33,974 bases of DNA from Dimorphilus gyrociliatus (taxonomy: Eukaryota > Animalia > Annelida), in NCBI GenBank assembly GCA_904063045.1, contig CAJFCJ010000288.1, forward strand, positions 1 to 33,974. The letters are read 5' to 3'. Below are positions 19,912 through 29,066 of the stretch, piece after piece. The notes under the pieces were generated by a model. It was not told the DNA's origin. It searched no databases and worked only from the letters and a program-made list of their open reading frames with translations. The first letter of the stretch is position 1; each line of letters begins with the position of its first letter. The position numbers and the translations under genes were made by a program.

Positions 19912-22125
19912 ATGAAAAACATTGTAGTGTTAAGCGTCTTTTTGATACAAATTATTACATATAGTAAACTGATAAATGAAGAAAATTCATCTTTATCATC
20001 ATCTAATTCCCATAAAATACAAAACAAAGAATCAAGTTTTAATTCCAAAACTCACTTATTTAGTGAAGAAAATAGAAAAAGCGACTCTATTTCAAAGCTT
20101 GATTTTCATGAGAAGTCTTCATCAGAACAAGAAAATACTAATCCTTCAAAAGAGTTTTATCTAAATGACATTTTTGGTTTAGAAAACTTAGAGATGATAG
20201 ATTTAGAAAACTGTTCAGTAAATGAATTTAGATGTAATGTGAATCTTAAAAACTTAATTTTAGACAAAAATAACGAATTAAGCCGATACAGTTTCGAAAA
20301 AATATTTAAAATCAAATGTTTAGAGAAGCTTTCATTAAAATCCTGTTTTTTGGAAAAAGGATTACTGAAATATATACATAAATTAGAAAATTTGCAGTAT
20401 TTAGACTTTTCTTATAATATTATGTTATCTAAGGAAGATTTTTCGGGGATTTTTAGGTTAAAAAAACTTGAAGTTCTAATTCTAAATAATTGCAGATTAA
20501 AAGAGTCATCATTAGAGGGGATAGTTGAATTGGAAGGGCTTAAGAGGCTTATATTAGATTATTATCCAAAAATAAATTCTATCGAAATAGAACAAATATG
20601 CCAAATTGAATCGCTTAAGGAGCTTTCACTTATCGGTAGTTTAAATAACTTTGTTAGCCTTTCAGGCATAAAGAATTTAAAGAATCTTATAAACTTGAAT
20701 ATTAGCAAGAATCCTAGTTATCTTTTAGATATTAACGATTTTCGAGCTTTACCAAAAATTGAGGTGCTTCATATATCTGGGTATTTTTCATCTAGACAAA
20801 GTTTAAAAAAGCTCTATAGTTCAAAGAAACTCAAATCTTTAAGTATTACTAATTGTAGAAAATTAACTTATAGTAATATAACCTCTAATTTGACTCTAGC
20901 AAGTTTAACAGGTATCAAAAAGTTAGACCTAAGAGGCGTTGAAGTTTCTTCAAGTTATGCATTCGACGAAATATATAGTTTTCCATCTCTTGAAGAATTA
21001 TATCTCAAGAACCCAATATTTACGAATATAGGCAAATTAACTAATCTAAAGTTTTTATATATCGAGTCCATGGATAATTATCCAACAGACTTCTATGAGA
21101 TTACATTGTTAAAAAAGTTACAAACCATAATACTATTTAAATGCATGATGTCTGAACTAGAAATAGCTTATATAAAGAAACTAAAGAGCTTAAAAAATAT
21201 ACAGATGCATTTAAAATCAGAATATTATAGAAACGTGTCAACAGAATTTTCGACATTTCCTTTTTTAGAGACTTTTAAAATTTCTAGCAAATATTCTAGG
21301 AGTTATTTTTTCTTTGATAGAATTTTAAACACCACTTCACTAAAATCATTGGCCATATATGAGAAACAAATAACTAGAGAAGAGATGCAAATGGTTTTCA
21401 ACCTTTCATCATTAATAGAACTTTTTTTCTACAAACAAGATATCAGTCTAACCAGTTTTTCTGGTATAAGAAAACTAAAAAATCTAGAAGTACTTTATTT
21501 AAATTCCGTAGGTATGCTAGTCTATGAAAGTTTAAATTCAATAATGCAAATTAAAAGTTTAAAACACTTAAGTATTATTAATTGTGCTGTTGATTTTAAT
21601 GATAATTGTCCAATTGAAAATCTTACAAATTTAAGAAGCTTAGATATGAATAGAACTGCAACTCCTCTCAGAATGCTCATGAATAAATTATCTAGTTTAA
21701 ATAATCTCGAAGAACTTACAATATATGGCAATTACCCAAGAGAAGGTTTGTTTTCAGAAATAAAAAATTTAAAGAATTTAAACACGTTAAAAGTTTATGG
21801 TAATGTAAAACTATCAGAAAAGGATTACGATGATGTTCTGAAGCTTAGATCTTTATTCATATTCAAAACATGGTTAAAAACGTTCGAAAATCTAATTTAT
21901 GATAAAGAAATTGATTCATTAACCCCTGAATATAGTAATAAGTCCAAAATTATTAAATTGTTTAGTAAAGCATCATCACAAAAAAAGGATAAAGATAATC
22001 TGACTTCAGAAAGGATAAAAGATAGAATTAGAAGCGAGTTTTCAAAAAGAAATGTGTCATTTATTCTTACCGAGTCTATACCAAATTCTCCATCTTTTCC
22101 ATTTTGGCTAGATATGCCTAATTAA
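19912..22125 (+). CDS. Secreted leucine-rich-repeat protein, 737 aa
   Basis: GGGG motif upstream of the ATG at 19912. Signal-peptide-like MKNIVVLSVFLIQIITYS, a Ser-rich linker, then about 20 LxxLxxLxLxxC/N repeats. Confidence 0.88.
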   Translation: MKNIVVLSVFLIQIITYSKLINEENSSLSSSNSHKIQNKESSFNSKTHLFSEENRKSDSISKLDFHEKSSSEQENTNPSKEFYLNDIFGLENLEMIDLENCSVNEFRCNVNLKNLILDKNNELSRYSFEKIFKIKCLEKLSLKSCFLEKGLLKYIHKLENLQYLDFSYNIMLSKEDFSGIFRLKKLEVLILNNCRLKESSLEGIVELEGLKRLILDYYPKINSIEIEQICQIESLKELSLIGSLNNFVSLSGIKNLKNLINLNISKNPSYLLDINDFRALPKIEVLHISGYFSSRQSLKKLYSSKKLKSLSITNCRKLTYSNITSNLTLASLTGIKKLDLRGVEVSSSYAFDEIYSFPSLEELYLKNPIFTNIGKLTNLKFLYIESMDNYPTDFYEITLLKKLQTIILFKCMMSELEIAYIKKLKSLKNIQMHLKSEYYRNVSTEFSTFPFLETFKISSKYSRSYFFFDRILNTTSLKSLAIYEKQITREEMQMVFNLSSLIELFFYKQDISLTSFSGIRKLKNLEVLYLNSVGMLVYESLNSIMQIKSLKHLSIINCAVDFNDNCPIENLTNLRSLDMNRTATPLRMLMNKLSSLNNLEELTIYGNYPREGLFSEIKNLKNLNTLKVYGNVKLSEKDYDDVLKLRSLFIFKTWLKTFENLIYDKEIDSLTPEYSNKSKIIKLFSKASSQKKDKDNLTSERIKDRIRSEFSKRNVSFILTESIPNSPSFPFWLDMPN

Positions 22126-22399
22126 AAAAATTATTTATTACTTTTTTTTGTTTTTAAAGCGAAACAGTCTATAAAAGGTCTCCAATTGGTGTAAATCAAT
22201 TCATCTTTAAGCTAAAACTGATGGTAATTTTTATAAAAGTTTTAGAATTTTGTTATTTATTCTATTATAGAAAACGTTCTGGAAATATATAATAATAGAT
22301 TACCAAAAGCCTAAATAAAAAGCCGTATTAAGGGGCTGTAAAAAAGAACTTAAAAAAGTTCTAAAACGTTATTATTTGGTTTTGAATATTCTAGTGCTT

Positions 22400-23050
22400 G
22401 AAGAAATACCGTCAATTGTTGATGGTTATATTTATATTTCACCATTTTACTTCTAAGGTTTGTTTTATATTGAACACTTTGTTTTCAAGGATATATTTTG
22501 AATTTTCCATTTGCCTTCTACTAACTGTGTATTAATTTTTCAATTTTTAAGTCTATATTGTCTTTTTTATAGATTATTTCCTTATGTTTCATAACAAATT
22601 ATTGGATGCAGTTATAGCCTTCAAAATACTTATTATAATTGTAATTTCACTTCTTATATTACGATAGATAGTGTTTTTTTATTTATATGTTGTTTTCGTC
22701 TTTGTTTTAGTAAAAAAGGCGCTTTTATTATTTTATAACATTCCTCACAACCCAAATCTCTTGTATTATTCTAACTTATGGTTATTACATTTGGATAGAG
22801 TACTTCATCAATTTTCACTTTTTTTCAATATCACCTATACGGAGATGTGATTCCTTTTTTAATAAATTATTTTTACACCTATTTTGTTTGTTTTAATAAG
22901 GTAAATTAAGTAAATGGTATATTCGTAAAGGGCTTTTCTAGCCAAAACAAAAATAATAGAAATTTCTGCCACTATTTTTTGTGTCTATACTTCCAGAATT
23001 CAGTACATGTATTTTCCTAAACCTCCTTTTTGGGTAATATGAAAAATAGT
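22400..23050 (-). pseudogene. Degraded Merlin transposase remnant (family 5)
   Basis: Fragments ILPKK, WKYRHKK...EISI, LRIGDIEKK/VKIDEV (22801-22835) and INTQLVEGKW (22507-22535) lie in Merlin order. Boundaries are approximate. Confidence 0.6.
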
Positions 23051-23207
23051 ATACAATATTCACTTTATTCATGTTTTAGTCTTACTAAATGCTATAATAC
23101 CAAGTATATAAAATTTATAGGAAAAAATTTAACATTATATAGCCTATAAATAATGGTAAAATACCAAACAATTCAAAATGAAAATCAAAGGTTCAAAGAA
23201 ATCGGCA

Positions 23208-24695
23208 GATCATCAGTTTGCCTGTAGACGAACTAATGATGGTTTTTATAAAATTATTACCTCTTATAAGTGAGTGAACTAATATTTACTAAATCAAAAA
23301 GAAACAGGCCTATGATCGCATACAATGGATATTTATACAATCTCGAAAAAGAAGATACAACAATTAAGAGATGCAGATGTCAGAATCGAAAGTGTCGGTC
23401 TAGGATTATTACTAATGATAAAAACGATGTTATATAGAATAGTGAGCATAAAAACGATAGTAATTATACCTTAGTGAAGCTAACTATTTAAATAAATAAT
23501 TTAAAAGATATAGCTAAAAAAATAAAGATAATTCAAACCATATACAAATCAAGCATAACAAAAAATTGTTCTCCAGAAGTTATTAATACCTTACTTTCCC
23601 ATAGGGCATTGATAAATACGATAAATAGAGCCAAAAATAGTGAGCTTGGTATATCGAAATCATCTATGCCAGATTTACCAAGTTTCTTACATTTAAATGA
23701 TAGACAAGGAAGATTTTTACTGATTGATACAGAAGTAAGCGATAAGAATAGATATACAATTTTTTTAACGAACTTCCAAGCCCTAACCTTAAAAAAAGCC
23801 AATGTATGGATGATAGACGGCATTTACAAATTGATACCCTTTCAATTTACCTAACTTATTACAATTCATGGACGTATTTTAGGAAAATCATATCCTCTTT
23901 GTTTTATTTTAATAATATATAAGAAAGAAGAATCATATAAAAATGTTTTTAAAGAAATACCCCCCATCTAGATTACAATCCAGATCAAATAATTATCGAT
24001 TTTGAAAAAGGTCTTTATAATGCAATAACGGAAACTTTTGAGAATTCTATAGTTTCTGGATGCAACTTTTATTTAAATCAGACGATTTGAAGAAGAACAC
24101 AAGCTGAGGGACTTGTAATATCATATAAAAAGCCTGTTTTTTAAAAAAACTGATTAAAAAATTATACTTTCTAGCATTTATACCTATATGTAAAGTTATC
24201 AAGACTTCTATGGATATTCAAGATGAAATAACAGAGTTAAATGACAATAAAATCAACAACATCTTATCATACTTTAGAAAGCAGTTTATAGGAAATAACG
24301 ACGAAAGTGAAGAAAGTGGAGTGTATCCAGTGAAGTTTTGGTCTTGTTATGAAAGAATTTTATCTAATATCACGATCTAATAATTTGGTTGAACCTCAGC
24401 ATAGATCATTAAATTCTAACTTTGTTACAGCACACCCAAACCTGGCAAGATTTTGTGAGTTTTTAATACATGAGGACGAAGTTGTTTATTTTAATGTAAC
24501 ACTTGTTTTATCAGGTGTAGAGCTTATTACCTCTAGCTATGATTTTCGAAAAGAATATAAATTGAAAGTAATTCTTGATAATTTCAATTTGTTGACCCTT
24601 GATGCTTTTTTTTTACTGGATAAAATTTTAGAAATTAAAATAAATTAATTTTAATAAAAACCATCATCAGTTTGCCTACAGGCGAACTGGTGCTC
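23208..24695 (+). mobile_element. Decayed Mutator-like element (MULE), ~50-bp imperfect TIRs, no TSD
   Basis: TIRs 23208-23256 and 24646-24695 have 6 mismatches and 1 indel, and start with G. They enclose a broken FLYWCH+MULE transposase. Confidence 0.85.
23270..24648 (+). pseudogene. FLYWCH-MULE transposase pseudogene
   Basis: Fragments RPMIAYNGYLY...RCQNRKCRSR (FLYWCH-like), WMIDGIYKLIPFQF*LITIHG, YPLCFIL, IIIDFEKG, GCNFYLNQ, FWSCYER and RSNNLVE...HR. Several stops and frameshifts. Confidence 0.85.
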
Positions 24696-25970
24696 ACTGA
24701 TTTAGAAAGCAGCGATAAATCAGTGATAATATCTGCAACAACAGGAATATCCACAGATATACTTGAAAGTGGTAGGACACTTTACTCCACATTCAAATTT
24801 CTTACACCATTATATGAAAACAGTAGATCATCAATGGATATTAATTCAAAGATGCAGAAACCTTAAAAGAAGCATCACTTATTATCATAGATGAGGTTAG
24901 CATGCTTTATATACCATTGATGATTTATTGAAGAGAGTTTGTAAAAATAATAAGTTATTTGGTAATAAATTTGTATTACTCGGTGGTGATTTCAGACAGG
25001 CTGCCAATATTGTTGTTAATGGTAATGAAAATGATATAATTGAGAACTCAATAAAAAGCTTTCCTCTGTGGAAATATGTTAGGATCATTAAATTAAAAGA
25101 AAGCATGAGAGCTATCAAACAAATAAAATTCAATAAGTGGTTAATAAAAATTGTAAATGGAAAGACAAACTCCATAGAAATGCCAAAAAATATATTGAAA
25201 ATAAAAATTTAATAAAACAAATATTTGGTACTAAAATAGATAAGAGTAATAATGATATAGCCAACAGGATAATACTTACAACCAAAAATGAGTTCTTAAA
25301 TCAAATAAATAATGATATAACAAATTTAATTAATGGAGAAGAAAGAGCTTATTTAAGCTCTGATTCAGTGGTTTCAGATGATAAAAATTTAAAGAATAAT
25401 TATACCACTGAATTTCTAAACAAACAACAGCTCAACTTCATGGATTAAGACTTAAAGTAAGATCTATCGTAATGCTGATAAGAAATATGGGGCTAAAAAA
25501 TGAACTTTTAAATGGAACTAGAATGGTTGTACAGGAAGTACATGACCATATAATTAAATGTAAAATACTTAAAGGTAATAATAAAGGAAGTGTTTGTGTT
25601 ATACCGAGGATTTATATAGCACCCAGCGAAACACAGCTGCCTTTTATATTAAAAAGAAGACAGTTCCCAATAGTACCAACCCTCTAAATCACATTTTATG
25701 TATCACAGGCACAATCGTTTGATAAAGCTTGTCTTTATTTACCACAGCCTGTTTTTACACATGATCAATTATATGCGACTCTTTCTAGAATAAAAGATAA
25801 CAATAATTTGAAAATTTTTATTGAAAAGGAAGCATCCCCACCAAAAAGGGGAAAGTATACATTTATCATTTATTTACAAAGAGTTATTATGAAATAGAAA
25901 AGTTAACATTTATTTTCAATGGTTTATTTATTCAACCACCTGTTTCCAAAACGAGTGCTAAGTTTACTAG
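24696..25970 (+). mobile_element. 3' portion of a Helitron: decayed PIF1 helicase, subterminal hairpin and CTAG end
   Basis: Helicase fragments SATTGI...GRTLYSTFK, LIIIDEVSM, FGNKFVLLGGDFRQ, ILTTKN, VMLIRN...LLNGTR, IPRI, RRQFPI and QPVFTHDQLY..LSR. Hairpin CACCTGTTT-CCA-AAACGAGTG at 25937-25957, then CTAG at 25967-25970 followed by T. Walker A and Rep domain are absent. Confidence 0.85.
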
Positions 25971-26298
25971 TAAATTTATAAAAAACTTTATTTAATGTAA
26001 TTTTAAGAAATCTCCCCCTTAAAATCCACATGAACAGACAGCTTTTGCTACATTCCTTTTAGAAATTCAAAAAGAAGTTTTAATGACGTGTTAGTTCATT
26101 GGGATAATTGTTATTTAAGCTATTATACTTGCATCCATTATAATTTTTAAAGAAGCTACGTTTTTAGAAAATTTTCCTTTAAAGTCGTAAAAAATAGTTT
26201 TCTAATGATATAGCAGATATATTTTAAATCCAAGTAATATTTTTTATATATTCAATTCTTTCTTTATTACGTAATATTTTATAACAGAAACGTTTTTT

Positions 26299-27266
26299 GG
26301 CTGGAGTACCAATCTGTTCTACCCATTGGTGTGTGTCAAAAAAAAAATTTAACCCTTGTAAAATGAATAATTTTTTGAATAATGAAACATTAAAAACCNN
26401 NNNNNNNNNNNNNNNNNNNNNNNNNNNNNNNNNNNNNNNNNNNNNNNNNNNNNNNNNNNNNNNNNNNNNNNNNNNNNNNNNNNNNNNNNNNNNNNNNNNN
26501 NNNNNNNNNAGGAAGGAAAATGGTGTATTTAAAAATACTATTTTTTATAGAACAAATTACCTGCTGTTTTTTAAAGTAATATGGTTATGGTTGCGTAATT
26601 ATAACATAGATCAAATCATAGAGATATCAGGTTCAAATAAAAAAACCATACATAAATTTATTAAGTTATTTCTACCTAAAATGGAAAAATTTTATCTAAA
26701 AGCATTTGGGAAGATTGGAGGTGAAGGTGTTGTAATTGAAGCTGACGAATCTAAATTTGGGAGAACTAAGTACAATGTAGGTAGGACTGTAGAAGGTGTA
26801 TGGGTGGTTGGTTTAGTAGAAAAAACGGAGCAAAGAAAAATCATACTAGTTCCAGTAGTTAAAAGGGACAGTATCACTATGAACACAATATTTGATCCAT
26901 ATGTCAAATCAGGATCTGTTGTAAATACTGATCTTTGGAAAGGATACAGTAACACCAAAGAAAATTACAAACATTATACTGTCAATCATAAGCAGAACTA
27001 TAAAGATCCTATAACAGGAGCTCACACAAACACAATTGAGGGGAATTGGAGGACTATTAAAACTGAAGTACCTAATCATTGTAGAAAATTCACTGAGATT
27101 TTACCATAATTATCAAAGTTTATGATAAAAAGATGGTTTTCAGACAATTATTTCGAGGTTTTATTAAAATTTTTGATTTGTTAATTGTTTTTTTGTAAAA
27201 ATAAACAAGGGTTAAATTTTTTTTTTTGACACACACCAATGGGTAGAACAGATTGGTACTTTAGCC
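26299..27266 (+). mobile_element. Merlin family 2, copy b (contains a 111-N gap at 26399-26509), no TSD
   Basis: Nearly identical to copy a, with the same asymmetric TIRs and the same premature TAA (27107-27109). It differs by two missense changes (I/V, A/P) and homopolymer lengths. Flanks CGTTTTTT and ATAATTTA do not match. Confidence 0.92.
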
Positions 27267-27913
27267 ATAATTTATTTAATAATAAAAAAATAATTTAAAT
27301 ATTGATAATCTACTTTTTAAAATAAAATCTACAATCAAATGTAAAATTTATTAATATTTTAAAAATTGATTTTTTTATTAAAAAATAATAAATATTATTT
27401 TAAAATTACAAAATAATACTTAAAGAAATATATTTATTGATTTCTTAAAGAATAATTAACAAATATTTTGGAATTTTTTATTACTATAATTGGTAAATTA
27501 ATGGAAATTAATGAAATTAAAATTTACAATTCTGTTAATTTTAAAATTAAATGATAAATTCAACTGTTAATGTAAAGATATAATAGAAATACATAACAAA
27601 AGAATGTAAATCAATGAATTTAACTGTAGAGCAATTAAAAAGTTATTTTAATGATATAAATTTATAAATATTTAAGTAATATTTATTTCTAACAATAGAA
27701 AATATTTTTTTATGAAATTTCCTAATTTTAATTGTAAATATTCTTTTCTCAAAAAATAAATAATATTGAATTATAAAAAAATTATATAAGATTTATATAG
27801 GATTTATAAACGTTTTATAAAAAAATTATAAAGAGATTATAAAGAGATTTATAAAAAAACTATAAAGAAATTATAAAAAAATTATAAAGAGATTTACTAA
27901 ATAAATAATGATT

Positions 27914-28873
27914 TTAATTAGATATTTCTTTTGGTAAAAAAATATCACCTATTTTTAAAACTTTAATAGTATCTTTAAAACATTCAACAGTATTACAAAC
28001 AGAGACTAAATCACAACAAAAGATATCTAAAACTTCAATATCCTTTAAAATAGAAAGATGTGATGAAAATCTGTTATCATTATTATTAATTGATAATCTT
28101 AAAGAAACTGGATCAAAAATAGAAAGAACCCAGAATACAATTTCTATAGAAGGAAAATCTTCTTCAAATAATATATCAAGTATTTTAGGATTACTAAAAA
28201 ATACACTATTTAATTTAAAATCTAAATTTATGTTTTCTGGTAAACTAGAATATTTATTTATTTCAAAAATAATATCATAACAATTTTTATTGTTCTTTGA
28301 AATTATAAAACCTATATTTTTTAGTAAAAGATAACTTTTTAGTATCAATAAACAAGACTTTTTATAAGATATTACATCTGGAATGTTATATAAATTATAT
28401 AAATTCTGAGGTAGGACTTTAAATCCTGATTTTTTAATACCTTTTGTCATTTTTAAATACATTTCCTCTTTGTATTGGTCATCAATTATAAGATAATCTT
28501 CTAAAATGATTAATGGTTTGAGATAATCAATTTCAATTACAATACTTTCAATTTCATCATTTAATAGATTTTCTAAAATATCAAATAAAATTTTATTAAT
28601 TATTATTTCGTTTAAATATAATGTATTATCATTTACGTCATTATTCATGTAAGATATAGATTCTCTTAAAAATACAGATTTTTCAAAAATTGTGAGATTT
28701 CCTTTTTTTATAAGATCATTACTACATTTATACCAAAATTTATTTCTATAATTGGAATTTAAAAATACAACAGGTATAGATTTTTTTGAGTAATTTTTTA
28801 TACTGTTTTTGTATTCATCAAAATTACCTGATAAAATCAAATTAATGAAGTAAAAAAAATAATAAATATTCAT
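27914..28873 (-). CDS. Hypothetical secreted protein, 319 aa
   Basis: ACCCTAAAATT precedes the ATG. Signal-peptide-like MNIYYFFYFINLILS. The end (LKDIEVLDIFCC...IKVLKI) looks like the start of an LRR tract. No family recognised with certainty. Confidence 0.7.
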   Translation of the reverse strand: MNIYYFFYFINLILSGNFDEYKNSIKNYSKKSIPVVFLNSNYRNKFWYKCSNDLIKKGNLTIFEKSVFLRESISYMNNDVNDNTLYLNEIIINKILFDILENLLNDEIESIVIEIDYLKPLIILEDYLIIDDQYKEEMYLKMTKGIKKSGFKVLPQNLYNLYNIPDVISYKKSCLLILKSYLLLKNIGFIISKNNKNCYDIIFEINKYSSLPENINLDFKLNSVFFSNPKILDILFEEDFPSIEIVFWVLSIFDPVSLRLSINNNDNRFSSHLSILKDIEVLDIFCCDLVSVCNTVECFKDTIKVLKIGDIFLPKEISN

Positions 28874-28886
28874 AATTTTAGGGTAT

Positions 28887-28913
28887 TAATAATAATAATA
28901 ATAATAATAATAA
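28887..28913. repeat. (TAA)9 microsatellite just upstream of the 28873 gene
   Basis: Directly visible. Confidence 0.9.
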
Positions 28914-29066
28914 TTTTTGATTTTTTTAAATTTTTTAAATAATATAAATTTTTATAAAACTGAATTTTATTCATTTAAAGTATTTCATAAAGTAGAATTT
29001 TTTAATTAAATACAATTCTTTATATTTATATATTTATACTAATTTATAAGTAAAATATATATTAAA

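Noticed and set aside
4479-21731. Short antisense or alternative-frame ORFs inside NOP58, integrase, permease, Merlin and LRR genes
   Set aside because: They have no motifs or start signals and are expected shadows in AT-rich coding DNA.
22330-23146. GGCTGTA...TATAGCC as termini of Merlin-5
   Set aside because: The match is only about 7 bp and there is no TSD.
23150-23207. Left MULE flank as the missing upstream half of the PIF1 helicase
   Set aside because: No Walker A or GKT-like sequence was found in any frame, and there is no TSD with the right flank.
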